Shown here: positions 19,514 to 28,470 of the stretch, piece by piece
How positions within the stretch are numbered: the first letter of the stretch is position 1
Layout of the letters: each line of letters opens with the position of its first letter
Assembly: GCA_041661405.1 (NCBI GenBank)
Contig: JBAZUL010000002.1
Span: 3,715 to 67,714 of the forward strand
Direction: 5' to 3'
DNA: 64,000 bases
Source: Patescibacteria group bacterium
Lineage (GTDB): Bacteria; Patescibacteriota; Patescibacteriia; Patescibacteriales; JBAZCA01
Translations under genes and position numbers: made by a program
The notes under the pieces: model-generated
What the model saw: the letters and a program-made list of their open reading frames with translations, nothing else
Databases searched by the model: none
What the model was told of the DNA's origin: nothing

Positions 19514-19535
19514 CTTAATGGCGTATGTGGTTATT

Positions 19536-20366
19536 TTAATGCTCCAAAAATTTCAAAGCGTACATGAGGGATATCCCGATCATGATGAATAAAAACTGTT
19601 TTAAGGATTTTAGCGGGTCGGCGTCTTTTCTAAGTTCGGGAAGAAGGTCGGCCATGGCGATATAAATAAATCCGCCGGCCGCGAGCGGCAGGAGACTCGC
19701 GGAAACTTCTTCCGGCCGGATGCCGACGATTAAGACGACCATCGCGCCGAGAACAGCGGAAAGGGCGGTAAGGAAGTTAAGGGCAATCGCTTTGGTTCGG
19801 TTATATCCGGCGTAGATAAGCACGCCAAAGTCGCCGATTTCCTGCGGAATCTCATGGGCGATAACGGCGACTGTTGTAACGATCCCCAAGGGAAAACTTA
19901 TTAAAAACGATCCGGCGATTACCATGCCGTCAATAAAATTATGGAGGCCGTCGCCAACCAGGTTCATGATCCCGAGATGGTGCGGGTGAGCCGGAGAAGT
20001 CGGGATATGGCAATGGCGCCAGCAAACCAGCCGCTCCAGGATGAAAAAAATAATTATCCCGCCTAAAAACCAAAACCAGGGGATGGTTGAACCGCTGTTT
20101 TCAGAAAGCGCTTCGGGAAGGAGGTGAAGAACCGCGCCGCCGAGCATGGTTCCGGCCGAAAGGCTTACGAGAAGCATTACGGCTTTTTTTAGTTTTTCCG
20201 GCTGAAGGGCGAGTGAAATTACTCCCACAAAGGATATGAGAGAGACGATAAAAACCGCGGCAAGGGAATATATAGCAACCATAGTATTTGCGCGAGGAGT
20301 TAAGTAGATTAAACTTAACAGTATATTAGCATTATTTTTCGTTTTTCGGCAAGCGATTTTTTCCAT
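19536..20366 (-). CDS. zupT: ZIP family metal (zinc) transporter
   Basis: HHLGIMNLVGDGLHNFIDGMVIAGSF signature and multiple TM helices. The true start may be internal (MVAIYSLAAV at 20285). Confidence 0.7.
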   Translation of the reverse strand: MEKIACRKTKNNANILLSLIYLTPRANTMVAIYSLAAVFIVSLISFVGVISLALQPEKLKKAVMLLVSLSAGTMLGGAVLHLLPEALSENSGSTIPWFWFLGGIIIFFILERLVCWRHCHIPTSPAHPHHLGIMNLVGDGLHNFIDGMVIAGSFLISFPLGIVTTVAVIAHEIPQEIGDFGVLIYAGYNRTKAIALNFLTALSAVLGAMVVLIVGIRPEEVSASLLPLAAGGFIYIAMADLLPELRKDADPLKSLKQFLFIMIGISLMYALKFLEH

Positions 20367-20443
20367 TTTTCGGCTTTGACGCGGAGCGGTTTTTAGACTA
20401 TGATGTATTTACTTTAAGACTTCCAATTAAATCGCCCTTTATT

Positions 20444-20812
20444 ATGAAATTAACCGTAAAAATGAGCCAATTGCCGGCCAATCCCGAGCAATTTTTAAGA
20501 AGAGCCGGTTACGGCTATATTGAGGATCGGAGGCGGGGGACAAAAAGCTTTGTCCGGAGGTTAGGAGCCGGGTTTTACCCGAGACTGCATATGTACGCTG
20601 AGCGGGAAGGCGAGAGCGTGTCATTTAATCTCCATCTTGACCAAAAGCAGGCGAGCTACGCCGGAGCGCGCGCCCATAACGCCGAATACGGCGGATCGGT
20701 CGTTTCCGGAGAAATGGAGCGGATAAAAAATTTATTGCTTAACGCGGAACGGGCTGCGCCTGACCCAATTCCGGTCAGGGAAAAGGGATGGTGGAGAAAA
20801 ACATTTAGTTAG
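20444..20812 (+). CDS. Hypothetical protein (GC-richer than its neighbours)
   Basis: ORF only. No recognisable motifs. Confidence 0.3.
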   Translation: MKLTVKMSQLPANPEQFLRRAGYGYIEDRRRGTKSFVRRLGAGFYPRLHMYAEREGESVSFNLHLDQKQASYAGARAHNAEYGGSVVSGEMERIKNLLLNAERAAPDPIPVREKGWWRKTFS

Positions 20813-20819
20813 TTGAATG

Positions 20820-20859
20820 GTTGATTGGTTAATTAGGAATTACTAATTAACCAATCAAC
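20820..20859. promoter_or_regulatory. Perfect 17-bp inverted repeat (GTTGATTGGTTAATTAG-N6-CTAATTAACCAATCAAC) upstream of dnaG
   Basis: The reverse complement of the left arm equals the right arm. It lies 15 bp upstream of the dnaG ATG. Candidate operator or AT-rich hairpin. Confidence 0.4.
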
Positions 20860-20873
20860 TAATTAACCATTAC

Positions 20874-22781
20874 ATGCAGCCTTCTGAGGAGATAAAATCA
20901 AAATTGGATATCGTGGATGTCATCCGCGAATATATACCGCTCCGGCCAGCCGGGATGAATTTTCGCGCCAATTGCCCGTTTCATAACGAAAAGTCGCCTT
21001 CATTCATGGTTTCTTCGGAAAAGCAGATTTGGCATTGCTTTGGTTGCGGCAAGGGCGGCGATGTCCTTTCTTTTGTCATGGAAATGGAGGGGCTAAGCTT
21101 TGTTGAAACCCTTCGGGCGCTCGCTCCCCGGGCGGGCGTAGTTTTAAAGAAGACTGATTCAAAAATTGAGTCTAAACGGAACCGGCTCTTAGACATCCTT
21201 GAAATCTCGGCCGAATTTTACCATGAGGCGCTTATGAGCCGCCCGGAAGCCGAACCGGCTCGCGAATATTTAAAAAACCGGGGATTGAAAAAAGAAACTT
21301 TGGAAGATTGGAAAATCGGCTACAGTTTTGATTCATGGGATCGGCTGTTTCTTTTCCTGAAAAAGAGAGGTTATGAGGAAAATGAAATATTCATGGCCGG
21401 CATGGCGGTGCGGAAAGACAAAGGCGGCGGTTTTTACGACCGGTTCCGCGGCCGGATCATGTTTCCCATAAAAAATTTGAACGGCAATGTCGCCGGATTT
21501 TCCGCCCGGGTAAGTCCGGAAAAAGAAAAAACCGAGGTAATGGGAAAATACATCAACAGTCCGGCAACGCTGGTTTATGACAAGTCAAAAATCCTTTTCG
21601 GGCTCCATAAGGCCAAGATGGAAATAAAAAAGAAAAACTTGGCCATCATTACCGAAGGGCAGATGGATGTCATTACTTCCCATCAGGCCGGTTTTCAAAA
21701 CACTATTGCCTCGTCCGGAACGGCTCTTACTGAAGAGCAGGTAAAGCTCATAAAAAGATACACCCCGAATATCGCTCTGGCTTTTGATTCTGACGCGGCG
21801 GGCGAGATGGCGGCCGAGCGCGGAGCAGGGGAAGCTATGGCGGCCGGCATGAACATTTCGGTCATAGAGGTGCCTTTAGGAAAAGATCCGGATGAATGCA
21901 TAAAAAAAGATCCGGGCGAGTGGACTGGCGCGATTGCCAACGCCAAACCGATTATGCAGTATTTTTTTGACCAGACCTTTTCCCGCCTGGATCCGGATAA
22001 AATTGACGAAAAGCGCGAAGCCGCCGCTAAACTTATCGGCGTAATATCGCGCCTGGAAAATAGGATTGAAGAAGATTTCTGGCTAAGAAAACTCGGGCAG
22101 AAAATTGACGTTCCGGAAAATATTTTAAGGGAAACATTAGCTAAAATAAGGGAAAAACAAAAATCCCGCGAAGAAAAAAGGCCGCTTTCGGGTAATACTC
22201 TAAGACAGGCCGGGAAAATTGAAGAAAAGGGAGTTCTTTCGGCCGGCCGGAAGCCAAGACAGACCCGCGAAGAACTCTTGTCAGATATTTTTTTAGCTTT
22301 GCTTTTAAGGTTTCCGTCGCACCTTCCGCACGCCGTCGGCAACGTAAGTCTTGACTGCCTGGCGCGGAGTTCCAAGCCTATTTACAGCAACCTGATTTTT
22401 TATTATAATAATATTGGAAAAGAACTAATCTTTGAAGCAGACCCGGAGAACCTCAGTAAAATTTTTTACGAGGATTTTAAATGCTGGATCCGGGATCGCG
22501 ACGGCGGTGAAACATGCGATAGTCTTGATTTTTTATCCCTTTTAGGCGAGAGGGATTGTTATCATTTAGGAATTGACGACGCCGGAAAGGAAATACTCCG
22601 GATATCAATTGAGCTGAAAAAAAATTATCTTGCCGGACGGCTTAAGGAAATTGAAAAGCTAATTAGCGCCGCCGAAGCTGAGCCGGATGATTTTACTGAA
22701 AAAGAAAATGAGATGGCGTCACTCCTTAAAGAATTCAGCGAGCTCGTTGACGAAAAAAAGGGAATGGACGCGAGCGATTGA
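20874..22781 (+). CDS. dnaG: DNA primase
   Basis: Zinc-binding CPFHNEKSPSF...CFGCGKGGDVLSF. Toprim motifs (ITEGQMDV, AFDSDAAG). Confidence 0.85.
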   Translation: MQPSEEIKSKLDIVDVIREYIPLRPAGMNFRANCPFHNEKSPSFMVSSEKQIWHCFGCGKGGDVLSFVMEMEGLSFVETLRALAPRAGVVLKKTDSKIESKRNRLLDILEISAEFYHEALMSRPEAEPAREYLKNRGLKKETLEDWKIGYSFDSWDRLFLFLKKRGYEENEIFMAGMAVRKDKGGGFYDRFRGRIMFPIKNLNGNVAGFSARVSPEKEKTEVMGKYINSPATLVYDKSKILFGLHKAKMEIKKKNLAIITEGQMDVITSHQAGFQNTIASSGTALTEEQVKLIKRYTPNIALAFDSDAAGEMAAERGAGEAMAAGMNISVIEVPLGKDPDECIKKDPGEWTGAIANAKPIMQYFFDQTFSRLDPDKIDEKREAAAKLIGVISRLENRIEEDFWLRKLGQKIDVPENILRETLAKIREKQKSREEKRPLSGNTLRQAGKIEEKGVLSAGRKPRQTREELLSDIFLALLLRFPSHLPHAVGNVSLDCLARSSKPIYSNLIFYYNNIGKELIFEADPENLSKIFYEDFKCWIRDRDGGETCDSLDFLSLLGERDCYHLGIDDAGKEILRISIELKKNYLAGRLKEIEKLISAAEAEPDDFTEKENEMASLLKEFSELVDEKKGMDASD

Positions 22782-22794
22782 TATTTAAAAAAAA

Positions 22795-24075
22795 ATGGCA
22801 AAGAAAAAAAACAACTTCAAAAAAGTTAAAAAAATTTTGAAGAAGGCCGTTAACAATAAACCTCAAAAAAAGAAGGCTGTTTTTCGGCCGGCTAAGAAAA
22901 AGCCGTTTAAGCCTGGAAACATAAAAAAATTATTTTCCCGGACAACGAAGCCGGTGATAAAAAAAAGGGTGATTGAGGTTTTACCGATAAAGTTTCCCGG
23001 AACGGATGACATGAAAAAGCTCATAGAAAAAGGCCGGATGCGCGGATTCGTAACCGAGACCGAGCTGATTTATGTTTTTCCTGAAATTGAGGAATATGTT
23101 TTTGATTTTGAACTTTTTCTGGAATTATTGCAGAAAAACGGCATCCGCATCGTTGAATCGCCAAGGGGATTTCTTGAGGTCGGGCCGAAAAAAACCGAAA
23201 AAGAAATAAAAGCCGAAGAAAAATTAAAGATTGACCTGGCCGGACTCCACAGCGTTGATTCAATCCAGATGTACCTTAAGGAAATCGGCAAAGTGCCGCT
23301 ACTCACCCAGGAAGAGGAGGTTGAGCTTTCCAAGCGCAAGGAAAAAGGCGAAAAGGAAGCCGAGCGCCGGCTCATAGAAGCGAACTTAAGGCTCGTTGTT
23401 TCCATTGCCAAGAAATTCGTCGGCGCCAAAGGACTTTCGCTTTTGGATTTAATCCAGGAGGGAAATATCGGCCTTTTTCGAGCGGTGGAAAAATTTGAGT
23501 ACCGCAAAGGCTACAAATTTTCTACCTACGCCACCTGGTGGATCAGGCAGGCGATTACCCGGGCTTTAGCCGACCAGTCGCGGACGATTCGCATACCGGT
23601 CCATATGGTTGAGACTATTAACCGGTTCCAGCAGATAGAGCGGCAGTTAATCCAGGATCTCGGGCGCGAACCTTTGCCCGAAGAAATCGCCGCCGAAATG
23701 AACGAGGAAATTGACAAGGTGCGGCATATAATAAAAATCTCCCAGGATACAGTATCCTTGGGGACGAGCGTGGGCGAAGATGAAGACGATTCAACTTTAG
23801 AGGATTTTATTGAAGACGTAAAAAACGTAACTCCGGATCGGACCGCGGCTTTGAGCCTCTTAAAAGATTATGTTAAGCAGGTTATTTCGGATCTTTCCGC
23901 CAGAGAGCAGAAAATTTTAGAAATGCGCTTCGGATTGGCGGACGGCGTTACCCATACTTTAGAAGAAGTCGGCCAGGAGTTTGACGTTACCCGGGAGCGG
24001 ATCCGTCAGATTGAAGCCAAAGCCCTGGAGCGGATCCGGCGGCACGCTCAGATAAAAAAATTACAGGATTTTTAA
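22795..24075 (+). CDS. rpoD: RNA polymerase sigma-70 factor with Lys-rich N-terminal extension
   Basis: Regions 2 to 4 are present: [32 protein letters not shown], and region 4 [27 protein letters not shown]. Adjacent to dnaG, forming the classical operon. Confidence 0.9.
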   Translation: MAKKKNNFKKVKKILKKAVNNKPQKKKAVFRPAKKKPFKPGNIKKLFSRTTKPVIKKRVIEVLPIKFPGTDDMKKLIEKGRMRGFVTETELIYVFPEIEEYVFDFELFLELLQKNGIRIVESPRGFLEVGPKKTEKEIKAEEKLKIDLAGLHSVDSIQMYLKEIGKVPLLTQEEEVELSKRKEKGEKEAERRLIEANLRLVVSIAKKFVGAKGLSLLDLIQEGNIGLFRAVEKFEYRKGYKFSTYATWWIRQAITRALADQSRTIRIPVHMVETINRFQQIERQLIQDLGREPLPEEIAAEMNEEIDKVRHIIKISQDTVSLGTSVGEDEDDSTLEDFIEDVKNVTPDRTAALSLLKDYVKQVISDLSAREQKILEMRFGLADGVTHTLEEVGQEFDVTRERIRQIEAKALERIRRHAQIKKLQDF

Positions 24076-24081
24076 AATTAA

Positions 24082-25488
24082 TTGAATAATACCATGCGAA
24101 GATTCCCCATGCTTTCGCTACTCATGGTAGCGACTCTCCTTTCTTCTTACCCCGCGCCAGTAATGGGCGAGGAAAATCTTATTTCAACTGCTGGCGACGA
24201 CTCGTCCGTCTCGGTTGAAGTTACAGCCGAAGATACCGGGCTTACCGTTGAGGCGACAAATAACGCCGCTACCGAACAAACCGAAGCCCTTGAAACAACC
24301 GGCGCTATGATTGAAATCGGCAACACGACTGCCGAAAGCACGACCGTTGTCGTTCGCCTGCCGGACGGAGCGGGCGGCACAACCGATGAGACCCTGGAAA
24401 TAAGCCGGGCGACCAGTCTTATCAACGGCGTTGGCCAAAAGACGTCGCTTGATGATTGGATTGCCGGCGACCAGCTTAAGTTCAGCGCTTTAAAAAACAA
24501 AAACAGCGGAGAAATAATCGCCAAAAAAATCGCGAATCTGGCCATGAAAAAAGGCTATAAAGGCGCGAACGGCTGGATTAAGGAAATCCGAGCTGATAAA
24601 AACGAGGTGGACGTTATTTACGGAAAAGTGATTTACACGCTTGACGTTTCCGGCGCGAAAATGGTGGCCGGCTTAAAAAATCCGGCGGCTATTACGGACT
24701 TAAAAACAGGCGACCGGATCAGGGCGAGAATTACCGAAGATAATGACGGAAACGGTCTTACCTGGGACGCGAAGACGCTCGTGGTTCTGCGCCGCGGGGA
24801 GACCTTATTCATGAAAGTAAGTCGCTGGGTAGTGCCGGGAAAAATCGTTAGTCTGCCGGATGATTTGTCCGTGACGGGCGGGGTAATGGTAATAGAAATT
24901 TTAGCCAATAAGTTTTACCAAAAAGGCGATGTCAATAATTTAATCGGCGAACCGGGCGAAAAATTGGAAGTGCTGGTTGACGAGAAAACTCAGCTTCGCC
25001 GGAAATTCATGGGCAAGTGTCTTTTAGGCGAATTTACCGAAGGCGATACAGTCCAGGTCTTAGGCCGTTTAAACGAAACAACCGGCCAGCTGGACGCGAA
25101 AATGATCCGGGATAATTCCATCCAGAAATTAGGTGTCGCGACCCGGGTGGCGAAAATCAACAGCGTCAACACAACGAACAATACCCTCACCGCTGTTTAC
25201 GGTAATAATAAAAAAGAGTTTACTGTCACCTTAGCCAAAGACGGAAAAGTGTACGAGCGGACAGTTGCCAATACTGAAGACGCCAAATCTGTTACGCTCA
25301 CAACAATTAATTTTTCCGATCTGGTTTCAGGAAGAAGAATCAGGATTAGGGGAGTAGCCAATAAAAGGAACGCGGCCATAACCGCCCAGGCGATAGTTAT
25401 GTTGCCGGAACAGTCAAGCGCGGATGGCAATCAGAACGATGACAGTAATACGCAAGAAAATTCCGATAATTCCAATTCCGGCCAGTAG
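24082..25488 (+). CDS. Secreted hypothetical protein with internal about 110-aa repeats and a Gln/Asn/Asp-rich C-terminus
   Basis: Signal peptide (MRRFPMLSLLMVATLLSSYPAPVMG). No recognisable catalytic motifs. Confidence 0.4.
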   Translation: MNNTMRRFPMLSLLMVATLLSSYPAPVMGEENLISTAGDDSSVSVEVTAEDTGLTVEATNNAATEQTEALETTGAMIEIGNTTAESTTVVVRLPDGAGGTTDETLEISRATSLINGVGQKTSLDDWIAGDQLKFSALKNKNSGEIIAKKIANLAMKKGYKGANGWIKEIRADKNEVDVIYGKVIYTLDVSGAKMVAGLKNPAAITDLKTGDRIRARITEDNDGNGLTWDAKTLVVLRRGETLFMKVSRWVVPGKIVSLPDDLSVTGGVMVIEILANKFYQKGDVNNLIGEPGEKLEVLVDEKTQLRRKFMGKCLLGEFTEGDTVQVLGRLNETTGQLDAKMIRDNSIQKLGVATRVAKINSVNTTNNTLTAVYGNNKKEFTVTLAKDGKVYERTVANTEDAKSVTLTTINFSDLVSGRRIRIRGVANKRNAAITAQAIVMLPEQSSADGNQNDDSNTQENSDNSNSGQ

Positions 25489-25522
25489 CTCCTTTGCCTA
25501 AAAAGATTATTGAAAGCAGAGA

Positions 25523-25553
25523 AGGGGAGAGGCTAAAATCTCTCCCCTTTAAT
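25523..25553 (+). terminator. Intrinsic terminator after the secreted-protein gene
   Basis: GAAGGGGAGAGGCTAAAATCTCTCCCCTTT: a GC-rich 8-bp stem followed by T's. Confidence 0.55.
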
Positions 25554-25559
25554 TAATTA

Positions 25560-25588
25560 TTGACTTTTAGGCGGGTATTTATTAATAT
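25560..25588 (+). promoter_or_regulatory. Sigma-70-like promoter for tRNA-Asn
   Basis: -35 TTGACT (25560-25565), 17-nt spacer, -10 TAATAT (25583-25588). It lies about 30 nt upstream of the tRNA. Confidence 0.5.
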
Positions 25589-25618
25589 ATGGTTAGTGCC
25601 AAACAGGCATTTTTTTAT

Positions 25619-25693
25619 TCCCGGGTAGCGCAGCGGTAGCGCAGCTCGCTGTTAACGAGTTGGTCGTCGGTTCGAATCCGACCCCGGGAGCCA
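25619..25693 (+). tRNA. tRNA-Asn (anticodon GUU)
   Basis: Manual fold: acceptor UCCCGGG/CCCGGGA. D-arm GCGC-AGCGGUA-GCGC. Anticodon arm GCUCG-CUGUUAA-CGAGU. T-arm GUCGG-UUCGAAU-CCGAC. Discriminator G, then an encoded CCA. Confidence 0.9.
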
Positions 25694-25781
25694 GATAAGA
25701 AAAGTTCTAAGCGACCCCTCCCTGTCATATTGCTTAAACAGGGAAGTAACTAAAAATAAAATAAAAAGTTAATAATTAAGT

Positions 25782-26141
25782 TTGACTAACATGCAATCAA
25801 GCGAATTGGCGGATAGGGTCTATTCAATTTTGAAAGAACGAGCCTTAATAAATCAGCCAATTTTTTATGGTGAATTATATAAAATGGTTGGGCTTGATCA
25901 CGGTAAAGTGGTTGATAGGAGTAAGGGTAGTGAGTTGCTAGAATCCGCAAATATTATAAGTGGTGAGGATTATATGATTTCCTCTTTTGCGGTAAGTAAG
26001 GAAGCAAATGGCCCTTACCACGGATTTTATGTTTTAGCCGAAAAATGGGGCAGAATTAAGCACGGATTAACCGAGCAGGAGAAAATGGTTTTTTGGGTGG
26101 AAGAAATGAAGAGAGTCCATAAAAAATGTAATAAGCTATAG
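25782..26141 (+). CDS. Hypothetical protein (first gene of the low-GC island)
   Basis: ORF with AT-rich codon usage that differs from the upstream genes. No motifs recognised. Confidence 0.3.
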   Translation: MTNMQSSELADRVYSILKERALINQPIFYGELYKMVGLDHGKVVDRSKGSELLESANIISGEDYMISSFAVSKEANGPYHGFYVLAEKWGRIKHGLTEQEKMVFWVEEMKRVHKKCNKL

Positions 26142-26184
26142 AATTTGAGAAAATTATGGAAATGTCATTAATTTTTTTAGTTAT

Positions 26185-26874
26185 ATGCATTTAGAAAGAT
26201 TTGATAGTTTTTTACAAACAGTGCCCTTAAAAGACTATAGGAAAAAATATAGTAGCATTAAAATTGTTGAGATGGATTTGCCTAAAGATATACAAGCAAT
26301 TAATCTTTTATATAAAGTCTATTGGGAGGAAAATAAATTTATTTCCTTTGAAAAATTTTATAAGAGATATTCAGAAGAAAAAAAGGAGTTACTCGAGAAA
26401 TTTAGAAAGAAAACAACAATGTGTAAAAATTGTTTCTATCGCGGAATAGAAGCAAGGACTTACAGGACCTGGGCTGGGTTAATAACCCAAATCCATGGCG
26501 GATATGTTGCCGAGTCTGTCTTTGGCAAAGGAACCGTAAGCATGTCAAGAGAATTAGACTCTTTGGGAGCCGATATAAGAGTTAAGTATAGAGACGATAT
26601 TTTAAATTATCAGGTTAAAAAAACGAGTTTTAGCGGAGTAATGAGCAGGGTTCCGCTTCCAAGAAAAAAGAAGACAGAAGGGGAAAATATTGACATAAAG
26701 TATGAAGTGCCTGCTTGTTTATCTGACCCAAAAACAAAAAAGGGAGAATTTAGAATACCATATTTGAGATTTTTAGAAGACAAGCGAATAAAGGCATTTA
26801 GCAACGGTTTTGTAGTTTTTACTCCTTACATTTTTGTAAGCAAAAAGAAAGAAATAGACAAAAGTTTAAAATAA
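26185..26874 (+). CDS. Hypothetical protein, candidate PD-(D/E)xK-type nuclease partner of the methyltransferase
   Basis: Possible D...(E/Q)xK arrangement (LGADIRVKYRDDILNYQVKK). Convergent with, and overlapping by 9 bp, the LexA-MTase gene. Weak. Confidence 0.25.
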   Translation: MHLERFDSFLQTVPLKDYRKKYSSIKIVEMDLPKDIQAINLLYKVYWEENKFISFEKFYKRYSEEKKELLEKFRKKTTMCKNCFYRGIEARTYRTWAGLITQIHGGYVAESVFGKGTVSMSRELDSLGADIRVKYRDDILNYQVKKTSFSGVMSRVPLPRKKKTEGENIDIKYEVPACLSDPKTKKGEFRIPYLRFLEDKRIKAFSNGFVVFTPYIFVSKKKEIDKSLK

Positions 26875-28398
26875 TTTTGGAATATATTTTGTATTATTTA
26901 GTATATGGTTAGCGATTTTAATATATTCAGGATTTATCTCAAAACCAATAAAAGATTGTCCTAATTCTTTCGCGGCAATACATTCAGAACCAGAACCAAC
27001 AAATGGCACCAACACGATGCCATTTTTTTGTGGCATTGCGGATTGAATTAATTTTCGCGATAACTCCAGCGGTTTTTGGGTGGGATGCTTTATAATATTA
27101 TGATCCTGATGTTTTTTGAGTTCTTTTGGCGAATAAATATTATTACAATCTTTGCATAAAAAATATCTTTCAGACATTCCAGCTCCTCCGGCCAGAGCGG
27201 GAATTTTTAATACATCTCTAGGGAGCGCGCCGTTCTCATGAGCATTATAAACTGTTTCTTTTCCGCTACTGCTAAAACGACCGGCGGTAGCCGCTCTTAT
27301 TTTACCCGCGGCCCCATTTAAAAATCCTTCGGTGTATGGTTCTCTAACTTCATCTCTATTAAAAATTGGTTGTTGTTTCCAGGCGCAAATAATTGCCTCA
27401 TGGCTTCTTTGCCAAAAATTTAAAGAAGCGACATTTTTATTAGTATAATGCCAGATGAGCCATCTTTTCGGTAAAGAAATTTCTACTGATAGATAAGCCA
27501 AAATTTCGCTAAAGCCGTAAATAAATATTGTTCCGTTTGGCTTCATTACGCGAATACATTCATTTATCCATTCATTACACCAAGCGATATATTCTTTTAA
27601 TTCTCTTTTGTCGTGATTATTACCGAAATCTTTGCCTATGTTGTAGGGCGGATCAGCGACGACGACATCGCAACTTTCGTCAGGAAGTTTTTTTATTTCG
27701 TTTATAACATCGCCACAAATGATTTGATTTAATGGTAAATTTTTATATTGTATTGTTTGTTTTTTTTCTGTCTGTAATTCGGGCGTTACATTTTTAATGA
27801 CATCAATTACAATTCCTTGAATCATTAAATTTTCCGGTTTAACATATATCGGGCTTATTCTTAAATTCGCCGGCTGTAAACGAATCCTACCTTTTTCTTT
27901 ATAGATTTTTTTTAGCGTTGCTTCGCTATTATCAATTAACGCTACAATTTTTTGTCCGTTAACCGCCGTGGTTTGACTTTTAATTATTACGATGTCTCCA
28001 TCGTTAATGTTTTCTCCGATCATACTGCTACCGCTTACGCGCAAGGCAAAAAGATCGGCTGATTTTGGTAAGTTAATTTTAGGCACGGCGATTGTTTCTC
28101 TTTCTTCTATCGCTTCAATTGGTTGCCCAGCGGCTATTGTGCCTTTTAATGGAATTTGGATAAAGTCATCTATTGTTTTCTTAATTTCTATACCCCTTGA
28201 TGAGTTTTCATTTTTTATTAAATAATCTTTATTTATCAACGCTTCAACATGTTGATGCACCGTAGAAAGCGCGGAAAGTTTAAATCGTTTCTTTATTTCT
28301 TCGTAAGTAGGGGATATACCACTTTTTTTAATATATTCAGCAATGAAGTCTAAAATTTGTTTTTGCCTTTTAGTTAAAGTTTGCATAGTGTTTGACAT
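26866..28398 (-). CDS. Fusion protein: LexA-like S24 autopeptidase repressor (wHTH + Ala-Gly/Ser/Lys peptidase domain) fused to a beta-class N6-adenine/N4-cytosine DNA methyltransferase
   Basis: N-terminus TKRQKQILDFIAEYIKKSGISPTYEEIKKRF matches the LexA wHTH. Cleavage-site-like IAAGQP. RVSGSSMIGENINDGDIVII (Ser) and ATLKK (Lys) mark the S24 peptidase. Then motif IV VVADPPYNIG, followed by C-terminal HPTQKP and FVGSGSE (motif I). Motif IV before motif I indicates a beta-class amino-methyltransferase. Confidence 0.7.
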   Translation of the reverse strand: MSNTMQTLTKRQKQILDFIAEYIKKSGISPTYEEIKKRFKLSALSTVHQHVEALINKDYLIKNENSSRGIEIKKTIDDFIQIPLKGTIAAGQPIEAIEERETIAVPKINLPKSADLFALRVSGSSMIGENINDGDIVIIKSQTTAVNGQKIVALIDNSEATLKKIYKEKGRIRLQPANLRISPIYVKPENLMIQGIVIDVIKNVTPELQTEKKQTIQYKNLPLNQIICGDVINEIKKLPDESCDVVVADPPYNIGKDFGNNHDKRELKEYIAWCNEWINECIRVMKPNGTIFIYGFSEILAYLSVEISLPKRWLIWHYTNKNVASLNFWQRSHEAIICAWKQQPIFNRDEVREPYTEGFLNGAAGKIRAATAGRFSSSGKETVYNAHENGALPRDVLKIPALAGGAGMSERYFLCKDCNNIYSPKELKKHQDHNIIKHPTQKPLELSRKLIQSAMPQKNGIVLVPFVGSGSECIAAKELGQSFIGFEINPEYIKIANHILNNTKYIPKLF

Positions 28399-28470
28399 TA
28401 TTTATCCACATGTTATATTTATAGTATATACCGAAAATTTACCGAAGTCAAAAATATTTTATAATTAATT

